Source: Nibricoccus sp. (GTDB lineage: Bacteria; Verrucomicrobiota; Verrucomicrobiia; Opitutales; Opitutaceae). Taken from it: DNA of 64,000 nucleotides. Below the pieces are notes generated by a model. It did no database searches, was not told the DNA's origin, and was given only the letters and a program-made list of their open reading frames with translations. The stretch covers positions 4,096,001 to 4,160,000 of the forward strand of contig JASGHG010000001.1 in NCBI GenBank assembly GCA_047602425.1, given 5' to 3'. This document shows, piece by piece, positions 20,672-31,117 of this stretch; position 1 is the first letter of the stretch; each line of letters begins with the position of its first letter. A program made the position numbers and the translations under genes.

Positions 20672-22489
20672 TTATTTTTTAACCTCTGAAATATGACAAT
20701 GCCATCCCGCAGGATTGATGGGCATCCAGACGTCTTTGCCTTGATCAACCAAAGGCGCATATTCGCTCCACCGATAGTCCACCAATGGCTCCAGTCGGAA
20801 CGTGCAGAGGGTCGTGACCAAAAAAGCGTAGAGCGCAATCGCGGCAACCGCACGACGATAGAAATGGGAGTACAGTTCGAAAACGATAAGCCAGACGAAA
20901 AGCAACTGGCTCATATAAAAGTAACGACTATAACCGACTTTGAGATACAACGGCAGCATGTCCTTGTACCGATAAAGCGCGGCGGCGGCAAAGACACCGA
21001 TGATAGCCAGAAACAACCAACGGGGATGAGCCTCCGCGGATTGTCCCTTCGCTGGCCGACACAGAAAAACCGCCCAACCCGCGACCAAAATTGCAAAATA
21101 GGGCAGCACGAATTTCCAAGGATGAACCAGCCACGGACCGCCAAAAGTCAGGCAGAACATACGGAGTCCAATGATGCTGGGAATGGTCAGTAGCGAACCG
21201 GGTATGGGCTCCAGTTTGGCGGGAGGAGCTTGGACGACCAACCATACCTGAACGAGTGCGGTGAGGCCCACGATGACGGTGAGCGCGAGACTGGCTTTTG
21301 TCCTGCGCTGAAAGGCCCGCCACACAAAAAAGGGTAGCAGCAGCGCGGAAAAAACGCCTGTGAGTCCAATTGCTAACGCCGCAAGGCAATCGTAGATGTA
21401 CTGACGCGGACGGCTCGCATCTTTTGAGAGGAGGAGAAGCACCAGCGCCAGGGCGAGAACCCATTGGATATTCGTGATGGTTAAAAAAATATCCTGAGGA
21501 CGGGGAAGAAGCACCACCATTAGGACGAGAAGCGGCTTGCCAGGCAAAGTGATGCGGGCGGAAAAAACCCGGCTGAGAACGACCAACAGGACAAGCAATG
21601 CCGCACCATTGAAAAAGGCGGGTGCGTAGAGTGCCTGCAGTCTGACTCCGACGGCGGCAATCAAGCGATCGGCAGTAAGCAGATAGCCGCCGTAAGGCAT
21701 GAGAAACGCTTTTGCTCCATGCTCGATGGCGCAGGCGTAGAAGTAACCGTCTTCGGCGTAGAATTGTGGCTGCAAAAAACGGTCGGGCATGCGGGCGAAC
21801 AGAATAAGTGCGGCAGCCGCTAGCGTCGCCCAAGGTACCCAATGACCAAATGCGTTCGAGGGATGGCTCGGAGTAGCTATAGATGCTGGTTGCGTCCCGG
21901 ATGATCCAGCGAAGTGGCTGGAGCTTTTTTGGCCAGCGATGCGAAGCAGAAGCAGCCAACCCAATGCGAACGCTCCCAAAAACCACGGAGCAGATATAAA
22001 CAACCGCCTGCTGAAATTGTAGGCCGTTGGCAGGCGGAGAGGCTTTTCAAAATGCATGTAGATGCTGGAGGTTGTGCCGCCCGCGGCTGGGACAAGCTCC
22101 ATCGTGTCGGATTGTGGCGACAGGGTGACCTGATCCTTGGACTGAAGTTGGTCCAACGGGAAGGACTGAACCACTGCGCCACCCGCGGAGACAATTCTCA
22201 GCCGTTCGATTGTCACGCGGCTGGCGACGTCGATGAAATCTAGGCGCAACCCTTTGAGTTTTCCCGACGGAAGCGCGAAGCGGTGCATACTGGCGCGCTC
22301 TTGTGCCTTAAGTGTGGTTGTTGACTGGTCGTCGTCGTTAAAACCTCGTCCGAGATTTGCGTAAAAAACAAGAGCGGCGTGCTGGTCCGACTTGATCGTG
22401 CATTCGAAAAAATAGCTGTCGTGCGGAATAATGAAGCAGGGAAGGGCGACCGCCGCGGCGAAGAGAAGAACTTGGAGATATTTGTTCAA
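20672..22489 (-). CDS. Polytopic membrane protein with N-terminal extracytoplasmic domain, GT-C-like (possible surface glucosyl/glycosyl transferase)
   Basis: About 11-12 hydrophobic segments; PQFYAEDG, PYGGYL, ITNIQW, SRYFY, PINPAGW motifs; TTG start. Confidence 0.6.
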   Translation of the reverse strand: MNKYLQVLLFAAAVALPCFIIPHDSYFFECTIKSDQHAALVFYANLGRGFNDDDQSTTTLKAQERASMHRFALPSGKLKGLRLDFIDVASRVTIERLRIVSAGGAVVQSFPLDQLQSKDQVTLSPQSDTMELVPAAGGTTSSIYMHFEKPLRLPTAYNFSRRLFISAPWFLGAFALGWLLLLRIAGQKSSSHFAGSSGTQPASIATPSHPSNAFGHWVPWATLAAAALILFARMPDRFLQPQFYAEDGYFYACAIEHGAKAFLMPYGGYLLTADRLIAAVGVRLQALYAPAFFNGAALLVLLVVLSRVFSARITLPGKPLLVLMVVLLPRPQDIFLTITNIQWVLALALVLLLLSKDASRPRQYIYDCLAALAIGLTGVFSALLLPFFVWRAFQRRTKASLALTVIVGLTALVQVWLVVQAPPAKLEPIPGSLLTIPSIIGLRMFCLTFGGPWLVHPWKFVLPYFAILVAGWAVFLCRPAKGQSAEAHPRWLFLAIIGVFAAAALYRYKDMLPLYLKVGYSRYFYMSQLLFVWLIVFELYSHFYRRAVAAIALYAFLVTTLCTFRLEPLVDYRWSEYAPLVDQGKDVWMPINPAGWHCHISEVKK

Positions 22490-22674
22490 ATGGATCGACG
22501 AGATTGCAGGACAATTGGTTTAGGAGCCCAGAGGCATATCGCAAGGTCTCTTATGAGAGTACTGGTGGTGGAAAATGAGTCGGGCAGCGATCGAGCGAAA
22601 GTTTTTCAAAATATCGGGTAATAAACTTCATGCTGCGTCGTTTCCTTTTTGAACCAGCAACCAAAGGATACCCC

Positions 22675-23358
22675 ATGAACCGCACGTTTATCATTCCTGC
22701 TGCAATTGCCCTCGTTCTTCACGCAATGCTTTTTATTGGGTCAGGCAAACCGCCAACGCCCGGCGCTTCCAAGCCCAAGATCACCTGTGTACTGCCGGCC
22801 TTGCCGGAAAAACCGGAGGAGATTTTGTTGAAGAAATACGTAGAGTTGGTTGAGGACGAAAAACCCGTTGTGACGCCCGAGGAAAAGACCGGCTCGGGCA
22901 GTAATGAAGAGGCGCCGATCTCAGTGCTGGAAATGCCATCGCCGGGACCGATCAACCCGTTTCAGATCACTCAGGAGCGCATCACGGTAAAACCGGGCAC
23001 CGGCACCAAAATCCCAAACAGTTTTGCCGGTTTTGGCAAAGGCGACGGCGAAGGGCCTGGCACAGGTATCATTGGTTCGGCTTTTCTCGATAATGCGCCG
23101 GTTACGCGACGTCAGACGCCGCCGGCTTATCCGCATGCAATGAAAGTCGCGGGCGTCTCGGGAACCGTCTGGGTGGAATTTGTCGTGGATGAAAATGGCC
23201 GCGTGCATGACGTGCGCGTGGTGAAAACCACGAACGACAGTTTCAACGATGCGACCGTGACCGCAGTCTCCACCTGGCGCTTCGAGCCCGGTAAACGCAA
23301 AGGCATTCCCGTCCGCTTTCGCATGACCATTCCGATCGTTTTTAACCTGAGCGATTAA
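22675..23358 (+). CDS. tonB: Energy transducer TonB
   Basis: N-terminal TM with His (ALVLHAMLF), Pro-rich linker, YP..GTVWVEFVVDENGRV, WRFEPG..G.PV. Confidence 0.88.
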   Translation: MNRTFIIPAAIALVLHAMLFIGSGKPPTPGASKPKITCVLPALPEKPEEILLKKYVELVEDEKPVVTPEEKTGSGSNEEAPISVLEMPSPGPINPFQITQERITVKPGTGTKIPNSFAGFGKGDGEGPGTGIIGSAFLDNAPVTRRQTPPAYPHAMKVAGVSGTVWVEFVVDENGRVHDVRVVKTTNDSFNDATVTAVSTWRFEPGKRKGIPVRFRMTIPIVFNLSD

Positions 23359-23486
23359 ACGGCCAGCAAGGTGAGAATCGGCCGTTGCGCTCAGTCGCAC
23401 AGCCCGCACCGCCAAACGGTGTGGGCTGTTTTTTATGAGACGCCTGTAGTGGTCGCTCAACTACGCCGTCATGCGAAGTGGCCGCT

Positions 23487-25703
23487 TCATTCCCGCGGTT
23501 TGAATTCCGGAATCAAACCGGGACGATTCAACCAACTCCAGTTTCCGGAGCCTTCGCACGTCGAACAGGTTTCGCTGGTCCGTTTCCAGCCGCGTCCACT
23601 GCATGCCGAACATTTGATATAACCGGTGCCATCGCAGCGATTGCAGGTTCGTTGAAAAATCGTGTCTGTGCCGGTGTGGTCGCAGCGACTGCAACCGATC
23701 TTTCCGTTGCCGCCGCAATCCTCGCAATCCGCGCGCCCGGGAGTGCGGCCACTGCCATCGCACTTTTCACAGTTGTGCAGGGCGCGGAGGATAGACCGGT
23801 CAGCGGACGCGCCGCTGATCCGCCGCTGAACGAGGTCGGCAAACATGGCATCGGCCGCCAGGTGTTGTTCCATCGATTCCTGATAGGCGATAGTTTGGGC
23901 GAGCTCGAGTGCGCATTTCCCAAAATGCTCCGCTTCCTCGGGGTGGCGCTCAAGCGAGGCAATTGTGAGCGCGTAGCATTTTGCGGCGAGGTCGGAATCG
24001 TCGATCGGCGCCCGGGCGAGCAGCACGTCACAAATTTTGGCGGAGAGCGGTGGTTGGCGTTTTTTGACCTGGGCCAGCGCATAGGAATACGCCTTATTGT
24101 AATCTTTGATTCCGCTGAAAATCTCGGGTACGGCACGCTCTTCTCCGAGAGACTCGGCTTTGTAATAAAGTTTCAGCGCATCCTGCGGGCTGGACGTTGT
24201 GCCAATGCCTTTCTCGGTGAGCTGGGCGAGTTCGAAAATAAGGGCGGCGTTTTCAGGCGCGGCATCGAGCTTGGCGCGGAGGAGGGCGAAGGCGCGCGGG
24301 TCTTCATTTTGAAGATAGGCATTTAATAACTCGTTGCCTGCGGGCTCGTCGCCGAGGGCTGCGGCTTTTTCCAGCCACGGAAGCGCGGGTAACTCGTCGC
24401 GCGCCTTCCAACGAGCGAGCCAGACGCCGAGGCGTCGAATGGCGATTTCGTCGCCCGCGCGGGCGGCGACTGCCAACTGGTCTTCGGCGGCGAGTTTTCG
24501 CTCCCAAGCCTGTTGGGAGTAGTGCGTGGTTGTGGTCCCAGACTCGAAGGCGGCGAGAATGGCGAGCGCCTCCGTGCGTAGGAAGACTGGGCACGGAAGG
24601 CCTCCCATGGCGCGCACTTCGGAGGAAATTTCCCGAACTTTTTCGAAGTCGCGAGAACTATCCGCCTCGATGAGAGCATGAAGGAGCGGCCACGTTTTTG
24701 CATCGGGATTTTCAAGATAGGCAAAGGCGGGAACCGCTTTCGTCAGTTGCCGAATCTCTGGGTCATCGGCAGAAACGACTGCGGAAAGTACGAGGGCAGG
24801 TTTTAGCTGGTCCGCGGTGGGATGCGAATTTTTGGCGATTTCCGTGGTTTGTGCACGAAGCGACTTAAGCGCTTCCTCGGCCGCCTCCGGATTTACATCG
24901 CGGAGCAATTTCAACAGCTCGCCATCGCTCTGGCAAAACGTGATCAGGGGCTTTTCGTAAACGGTATTGTATGCCTCCACGATCTCCTCGTCGGAGGGAA
25001 GTTTGAGCGCGCGCAAACGGTGAAACAGGGCTGTGACTTCGCGTCGATCTCCACGGTCCAGGCATTGGCGGGCGGATTGCTGCTCGCGGGCGAGGTCGAA
25101 GCCAGCTGTCAGCTGGCGGGCCTTTGCCATGAAATGGGCGAAAAGCTCGATGCGTTTGGCGATCCAAGCATGTTCGGCAAGGGAGGCATCTGGCCTTTTT
25201 GTGATTTCGTCAGCCTCCTGACGAAGCGCGGTGACGACCTCCTTTTGAGTTTCGCACCAGTTTAGCTTTTCGGCGATGCCTGCCAGCAAGCGAGGGATTT
25301 CTTCGCGAGCCAGCGCCAGTTCCTTTTCTCCCTCAAGTCGCTCGGCGTCTTGCTGTCGTTGAATTCGGTCGCGATAAACCTCGATTCCCTCCCAGGCAAA
25401 AAGGGCCAGCACGACCAATGTGAGCATGGCGGCGGCATAACGCCATTTCCTGGTAGATGGCGGTTTTGCTTTAACGTCCGTTGGTTTCGGGGCGGCCGTG
25501 GTCTGCGGGCCGGGTTGCAGCGCTTGCCAAGCTGTCTCCAGCAAGGCCCGGGACTGGGCGATCTTGGCGGAGAGATCGTCGTCAGGAGCCTGCGCGGCGA
25601 GGCGATCGAGCCGCGCTTTTTCCCGCGCGTAGGCTTCGAGTTGTTCGCCAGGCGTGGCGGATGTAGAAAGTCCTAGGGTTTGGAGAGCGGTGGAGCGTTC
25701 CAT
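23487..25703 (-). CDS. Membrane-anchored multidomain protein: J-domain-like N-terminus, TM, coiled coil, Sel1-like repeats, DnaJ-type zinc-finger C-terminus
   Basis: ALQTLGL..AY helix, TM YAAAMLTLVVLALFAW, WLEKAAALGD and GIGT..DALKLYYKAE Sel1-like repeats, six CxxCx(G)xG motifs; start ATG 25703. Confidence 0.75.
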   Translation of the reverse strand: MERSTALQTLGLSTSATPGEQLEAYAREKARLDRLAAQAPDDDLSAKIAQSRALLETAWQALQPGPQTTAAPKPTDVKAKPPSTRKWRYAAAMLTLVVLALFAWEGIEVYRDRIQRQQDAERLEGEKELALAREEIPRLLAGIAEKLNWCETQKEVVTALRQEADEITKRPDASLAEHAWIAKRIELFAHFMAKARQLTAGFDLAREQQSARQCLDRGDRREVTALFHRLRALKLPSDEEIVEAYNTVYEKPLITFCQSDGELLKLLRDVNPEAAEEALKSLRAQTTEIAKNSHPTADQLKPALVLSAVVSADDPEIRQLTKAVPAFAYLENPDAKTWPLLHALIEADSSRDFEKVREISSEVRAMGGLPCPVFLRTEALAILAAFESGTTTTHYSQQAWERKLAAEDQLAVAARAGDEIAIRRLGVWLARWKARDELPALPWLEKAAALGDEPAGNELLNAYLQNEDPRAFALLRAKLDAAPENAALIFELAQLTEKGIGTTSSPQDALKLYYKAESLGEERAVPEIFSGIKDYNKAYSYALAQVKKRQPPLSAKICDVLLARAPIDDSDLAAKCYALTIASLERHPEEAEHFGKCALELAQTIAYQESMEQHLAADAMFADLVQRRISGASADRSILRALHNCEKCDGSGRTPGRADCEDCGGNGKIGCSRCDHTGTDTIFQRTCNRCDGTGYIKCSACSGRGWKRTSETCSTCEGSGNWSWLNRPGLIPEFKPRE

Positions 25704-25781
25704 CAAGTTGAAGCGGAGCCGCGAATGAACCGTGCGCCGACGGTTTTGCAAGCGGTCGAAGCAAACTTTTAGGTCGCCGTC

Positions 25782-26810
25782 TTACTTGCGCAATTGCCAG
25801 ATCTGTTTCGCCTTTCGAATTGTCTCAGCGAGGACGTTTGGAGTGAGCGCTTGTTTCGGGTCATCGCCGATCCCGTGATTGGGCGAAACGTGGGCCTCGA
25901 TGCACAAACCATCCGCTCCATAGGCGACAGCGGCGAGTGCGCACGCGGGCACGTACGCAGCCTTGCCGACCGAATGCGAAGGATCGACGACGACCGGTGC
26001 CCAGGTTTTTTCCTTTAGCAAAGGAGTGATGCTTTCGTCGGGATGGTTGCGATATCCGTCGAGCGTGGGAGAGGTGCCGCGCGGACAGAGAACGATGTTG
26101 GGATTGCCAAAACTTACGATGTACTCGGCCGCGGAAATAAATTCGTTGAGCGGTCCCATGTGCAGGCTGCGTTTGAGCAATACCACGGTGCTGCGCTCGG
26201 CCACGGCGCGGCCGATGGAGCGCAGCAGCGAGTAATTGAGGGCGTTGCGCGCGCCGACCTGCAACATGTTCACTCCTGCATCGAGCGCGAGTTTGAGCTG
26301 CTGCTCGTCCATCACCTCGGCGTCGACGGGCAACCCGGTGCGGCGCTGGGCCTCCAGCAGGATTCCAAGCGACTTCACATCGCCTTGAAAAGCATATGGG
26401 TTGGTTCGTGGCTTCCATACGCCGCCGCGCAGCACATTCGCGCCAGCCTCCTTCACCGCCTGGGCCGTTTCATAAAACAACTGCGGATTTTTTGGATCGA
26501 TCGTGCATTGTCCGGCGATGACGAGCAGTTCCTTGCCCAGTATCACACCGCCAATTTCGATTTGATGCGAAGCGAGATCGGAACGCAGGTCCATGAGCTT
26601 GTGCGGCGACTGGATTTTGTCGACGCGATCGATATAGCTAAGTCCCTCGAGCCGGTTGATCATCAACTCATCGCGTTCGTCGCCCACGATCGCGTAGATC
26701 GAGCGCACAGCCCCGACGATGGTTTGAATGCGACAGCCGAACTCCCCAACGATTTGGGTGATCTCGGCGACTTGTTCCGGTGTCAAACGGTTGGCTTTCG
26801 GAAGGATCAT
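25782..26810 (-). CDS. aroF: 3-deoxy-7-phosphoheptulonate (DAHP) synthase, type I-beta with N-terminal regulatory domain
   Basis: LRGGVWKPRTNPY, QVGARN, LLKR, VDPSH, GADGL.IEAH. Confidence 0.88.
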   Translation of the reverse strand: MILPKANRLTPEQVAEITQIVGEFGCRIQTIVGAVRSIYAIVGDERDELMINRLEGLSYIDRVDKIQSPHKLMDLRSDLASHQIEIGGVILGKELLVIAGQCTIDPKNPQLFYETAQAVKEAGANVLRGGVWKPRTNPYAFQGDVKSLGILLEAQRRTGLPVDAEVMDEQQLKLALDAGVNMLQVGARNALNYSLLRSIGRAVAERSTVVLLKRSLHMGPLNEFISAAEYIVSFGNPNIVLCPRGTSPTLDGYRNHPDESITPLLKEKTWAPVVVDPSHSVGKAAYVPACALAAVAYGADGLCIEAHVSPNHGIGDDPKQALTPNVLAETIRKAKQIWQLRK

Positions 26811-26853
26811 GGAGGAAATTTCACCAACCGCCCGCCAACGGCAAGTCGCGCGG

Positions 26854-27726
26854 CTAATTTCCTGTCGCCAACGCAGGGTAGGTGAAGAGGAAAAAGTGCA
26901 CCGTGTTTAGCGCGAAATGGGCGAGGATGCTGGCTTCGATACGTCCAGTGCGTTGGTAGATCCAGCCGTAGCCAAAGCCGGCGACTATCGCCAAAGCCAC
27001 GTAAGCCCAGCCGCCCCAGAAATGCGCCAGCCCGAACAAAACCGACGCTATCGCCAAGGCGGTTGCGCGGCCCCCGCGCCAGCGTGACCACGATTTTTGC
27101 AGCTGAGTTTGGATAAAACCGCGAAACAGCGCTTCCTCGGCGGCGCAGACGAACAACAGATTAACTATCAGCCAGAGCCACGATTCCGCTGGAAACTTTG
27201 GCGCGAAACGAACGTAGCCCATGGCCAGCGACAATATCATCAACACGGCGACCAGCGCGGCCGTCCAGGGCAGCCAGGTGGCGAACAGCGTTTTCCAGTC
27301 GCGAAGCCGTGCGATGCGTGTGTGGCACCACCCGAGGACGAAAAGCCCAACGAGAGTCTTGTCGTAGTTGAGGTAAAGTGTGAAGGGCCGCGCGTCGGGT
27401 GTGAATCGCACCTTGTCGATAACGAGTGGATTATGAAAACCTGGGAGCTTATGCAGCATCAGACCGACCGCCATGGCCAGCAAGGCAGTCGCCGCCAGCC
27501 CAACTTGCCAGGGAGCCCGCGCTTTTTGAAACGCCAACACGATTCCGGCAAACGCGACAGCGATCGCGGCGCCGGCGGTTGTCACCACGCCCTCGCTGAA
27601 AGCAACAACCAACGACGACAGCCAAAGTCCCAGCCAAAGTTGTTGGCGGAATTTTGGGGAGTTTTCGTCGCCGCCGGCCCACAATGCGACGATGGCGGTG
27701 GCGAGGAGGATAAAGGTGAGGGTCAT
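26854..27726 (-). CDS. CPBP (Abi/CAAX) intramembrane metalloprotease
   Basis: EEALFRG, LFGLAH, HFALN motifs; multiple TM helices. Confidence 0.9.
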   Translation of the reverse strand: MTLTFILLATAIVALWAGGDENSPKFRQQLWLGLWLSSLVVAFSEGVVTTAGAAIAVAFAGIVLAFQKARAPWQVGLAATALLAMAVGLMLHKLPGFHNPLVIDKVRFTPDARPFTLYLNYDKTLVGLFVLGWCHTRIARLRDWKTLFATWLPWTAALVAVLMILSLAMGYVRFAPKFPAESWLWLIVNLLFVCAAEEALFRGFIQTQLQKSWSRWRGGRATALAIASVLFGLAHFWGGWAYVALAIVAGFGYGWIYQRTGRIEASILAHFALNTVHFFLFTYPALATGN

Positions 27727-27849
27727 GCTTCACGGTGGAGTTTATTGCCCGCGAGTGGCAATGGCGGTTTGTCACGCCCCTTGGGCATCGGATGCTTCTT
27801 TTACCTTATTCCCACTTAATTCCTCCGAGCGGCCTCCGATAAGTGACAG

Positions 27850-29598
27850 GTGAGTGGCACCTCCGTAAATACCCCTAGTCGAAGAGAATTCCAAAATCCG
27901 GCGGATCGGCCCGTTTTGGCGTTGGGTAAGGTGCGTCGACACTGGACCTTACGCAAAGGAGTGCTGGCGCTGGCCATTGGGGGTGTTGCACTTTCGATCA
28001 TGTTCATGGGGGCACTCGGCTGGTGGACGATGGAACGCATGTACGTCCGTGGTATGAATGAAAGTACTCGCGCACTGGAAACGATTCAGAAAGCGATCGG
28101 CGAGGAGGTGAACGATCTTCAGAAGGGGCTTCAGTTGATGGCGCAGGAGCAGGCAGACGTTTTTGAGGTCAAGGATCTCGGGGAAAAAATCGCGCCGGTG
28201 CTTGAGCTGCCTTTGCGAAGTTTGAAATGCCATGTGACCGCGACCATTCCTGATAAGGCTCAGACTGGCGCGACCTCTTGGATTTACGAATACCTGAAGA
28301 GCGGAGGAAAACCCGGCATCTATTTTTTCGGTCCGTCCATCTATCTGGTAAAAAGTGTGCCGAGTTCCTGGGCCGGTGGCCGGTATACGATTGTCAGCTG
28401 GATTGAGCTCACTGAAAACCATCAGTTCGTCGATTGGATCAAGGCTCGTTTTGAAAATGAAGCGACGCTCTTTATCGGCGATACCCAGGCGTCCACCACC
28501 ATCATGCGCGACGGCAGGCGGGCTATTGGCACGCGCGTTGCCAATCCCGAAGTGGAAGACATCGTTTTGGGACAGGGCAGTGAATTTCATACGATCAACC
28601 GGATCGGCCGTGATCGCTACAGTTCGGTCTACTGGCCAATTGAGGCCCAAAACGGAAAAGGCATGTACTTCACCGGACGCAACGCGGAGGAAATCATTTC
28701 CATGCGCGAAACCATCCGCTGGGCCTCGTCCGCAATTGCGGGATTGTTGCTTGTTATTGGATGTATTTTGGGGTTCGTGGTGGCGAATCAGATGGTTGGC
28801 CACATTCAGAAAAACGTCGCCATCGTAGCCGAAGCGGGCAGGGAGGTGAAAATCGCTTCCGCCCAGATGGTGGAGATCAGTCGCAACCTGGCCGATGGCG
28901 CCACCTCGCAGGCGGCCAGCGTGGAGGAAACGTCATCGTCGCTCGTCGAAATCGACGCCAGCAATCGCTCCAATATCGAAGCGGCGCAGCGAACCGATGT
29001 CACCACGCAATCCGTGGTGGGATCCGTCGGTTCCGGCATGGCGAAAATGCAAGAGCTCAGCCTGGCCATGAACCGGGCGGACGAACTGAACCAACACACG
29101 CGGGAAATCATCAAAACGATCGATGAAATCGCGTTCCAAACCAATATACTCGCCCTAAACGCCGCCATCGAAGCAGCGCGTGCCGGTGAAGCCGGCGCCG
29201 GTTTTGCCGTGGTCGCCGAGGAAGTCCGCACGCTCGCGAAACGCAGCGCCGAAGCCGCCCGCGAAACCGAAGCAAAAATGTCGGCCGCTTTGCAGGAACA
29301 GAAAACCGCCCAGACAGTGGGTGCCGACGCCGCGCAGGCTTTTACCACCATTCATCAGGACATTCAAAAAATGGCCGAGATGGTCAAAGGCATCGCATTG
29401 TCGACCCAGGAACAGGGCAGGGGTGTGGCGGGTTGCTCGCAGGCGATGCAATCGGTCGACCAAAAAGTACAAGCCGTCGCTTCCGCAGCCGAGGAAGTTT
29501 CCTCAACCGCTGGAAACCTCCAAGGGCACGCGGAATCGTTGCGCGAGGCTCTCGACGAATTGGAAAGCTTTGCCGGCGGATCGACTACGCTGGGTTAA
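27850..29598 (+). CDS. Methyl-accepting chemotaxis protein with Cache-type sensor
   Basis: Two TM helices; [19 protein letters not shown] Cache motif; [37 protein letters not shown]. Confidence 0.93.
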   Translation: MSGTSVNTPSRREFQNPADRPVLALGKVRRHWTLRKGVLALAIGGVALSIMFMGALGWWTMERMYVRGMNESTRALETIQKAIGEEVNDLQKGLQLMAQEQADVFEVKDLGEKIAPVLELPLRSLKCHVTATIPDKAQTGATSWIYEYLKSGGKPGIYFFGPSIYLVKSVPSSWAGGRYTIVSWIELTENHQFVDWIKARFENEATLFIGDTQASTTIMRDGRRAIGTRVANPEVEDIVLGQGSEFHTINRIGRDRYSSVYWPIEAQNGKGMYFTGRNAEEIISMRETIRWASSAIAGLLLVIGCILGFVVANQMVGHIQKNVAIVAEAGREVKIASAQMVEISRNLADGATSQAASVEETSSSLVEIDASNRSNIEAAQRTDVTTQSVVGSVGSGMAKMQELSLAMNRADELNQHTREIIKTIDEIAFQTNILALNAAIEAARAGEAGAGFAVVAEEVRTLAKRSAEAARETEAKMSAALQEQKTAQTVGADAAQAFTTIHQDIQKMAEMVKGIALSTQEQGRGVAGCSQAMQSVDQKVQAVASAAEEVSSTAGNLQGHAESLREALDELESFAGGSTTLG

Positions 29599-29672
29599 CG
29601 AACGGTCGGGAAATTTGTTGGGTGGGTGTTGCTTTACCTCGCGGCCGAACCAGTCCGTTGTGTCGGCACAAC

Positions 29673-29739
29673 TGGAGGGCCGACTTCCACGTCGGCCACA
29701 TTGCATGAGCCAACGATCGACGTGGAAGTCGACCCTCCA
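29673..29739. repeat. 67-bp palindromic REP/MITE-like element (TGGAG family), copy 2
   Basis: TGGAGGGCCGACTTCCACGTCG...CGACGTGGAAGTCGACCCTCCA; same length as and inverted relative to copy 1. Confidence 0.85.
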
Positions 29740-29762
29740 TCGCAAATACTTGGGGAATTTGG

Positions 29763-30974
29763 TTAGTGCAGCCGGTCCTTCAGGTAGCGGTCGATTGCTT
29801 CCAGAATTATGGGTTCACGGGCGACTTTATGGCCGCGAGGTTCCTGATCCAGATGGTAGATGAACGGACTTTTCAATTCGCTCAGGCGGCGGCGCAGGAT
29901 GTCCATTTGGTAAAGGGCCTCGGGGGCTTCGGTGCAATTAATGGTGAGAAAGAGCGGAAGAGTGGGATTTTGCAGGTAGTCGAGCGCACCGTGTTGTTTC
30001 CAAACGTCGGCCGACTTTTCCAGCGTGCCCCACGCTTTCTCGTAGCGTGGAATCATGTGGTCTTCGGGCAGCAGATCGAGGTACGTGAAACGGCCGGACA
30101 TGATCACGCCGCCTTGGACGGCGCTGTCGATGGAGAGTTGTTCGCCATGGCCTTCGAATTCCTGCATGCCCGCGGTGGTCACGAGCATGAGAGCCATGCC
30201 GCTGCCGCGGGAGAAGCCCACCGGCACGATCTTTTCGTCCAAGGCAAGGCCGCGGGCGGTGGCGCGAAGCGTGCGCACGGCGGCTTTGATTTTCCAGGCG
30301 CATTCCGGCATGGCGTCGATCCCCTTGTAGGGCGCGGCTACGGGATGATCGGCCATCGCGACGGCAAATCCTTCCGTGGCCTCGCCGTCGAGGATGGTGT
30401 CGTTGCACGCGGAGAGGGAGACGTTGCCCATGCGATCCTTGTTATCGCAGGAAAATTCCAGCACGATACCCGGAGCCTTGGCGGGGTTCGATGGATAGAT
30501 CAAGTCGAGGCAGAGCGTTCGCCCGGCATCGCGGTAGTAAACGATATCGCGCAGCAACCGATGGCCGGAAGGCACGATGTAAACGCGGCTTTGGTCGATG
30601 GCGATTGGTACGGAAAACTTGCCGACACGAATGTCGTCGCGAAGTTTGGCCAGATCGAGATTGAGGGCAGGGAGGCGAGTTTTAGGGTCCCGACCGAAGT
30701 CGATCGCGACCACCTGACAACCCTGTGCGAGCAGGTCACTGACGATGGCGTCGTCGGAATCCGTGCCTGCGCGCGGTGCCGCAAGATTTTGCAGGTAGAG
30801 AACGGTTGGAAGCGCGGAGGCTTCGGTTTTGTCGGCAGGGCGAGCCGGTACGTGCACAGTCAGGGGGAGCTCCTTGCCGGTGATGGCGCTTGTCCAGGTT
30901 GGAAGAGTGGATGCGGCAATGGACGAACCGGATGCGAGAACTAAGAATGAAACGAAAAACGCGCTGCGGCGCAT
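29763..30974 (-). CDS. Secreted alpha/beta-hydrolase-fold protein (esterase-like)
   Basis: Signal peptide, DIVYY..LCLDLIYP, IKAAVRTLR, GFSRGS nucleophile elbow, GHKV; start ATG 30974. Confidence 0.7.
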   Translation of the reverse strand: MRRSAFFVSFLVLASGSSIAASTLPTWTSAITGKELPLTVHVPARPADKTEASALPTVLYLQNLAAPRAGTDSDDAIVSDLLAQGCQVVAIDFGRDPKTRLPALNLDLAKLRDDIRVGKFSVPIAIDQSRVYIVPSGHRLLRDIVYYRDAGRTLCLDLIYPSNPAKAPGIVLEFSCDNKDRMGNVSLSACNDTILDGEATEGFAVAMADHPVAAPYKGIDAMPECAWKIKAAVRTLRATARGLALDEKIVPVGFSRGSGMALMLVTTAGMQEFEGHGEQLSIDSAVQGGVIMSGRFTYLDLLPEDHMIPRYEKAWGTLEKSADVWKQHGALDYLQNPTLPLFLTINCTEAPEALYQMDILRRRLSELKSPFIYHLDQEPRGHKVAREPIILEAIDRYLKDRLH

Positions 30975-31117
30975 GAATGATATCGGTGAACAAGTGTGGC
31001 ACATGCAGGAAATGTGACGCTACGTTCTCCGAGGAGATTTTGGGGTACAAGATGGAAGAATATGGCGCCGGCGATTTTTCGAATGTCGGAACGTTTGCAG
31101 AAAAGCCATGCTGACAG

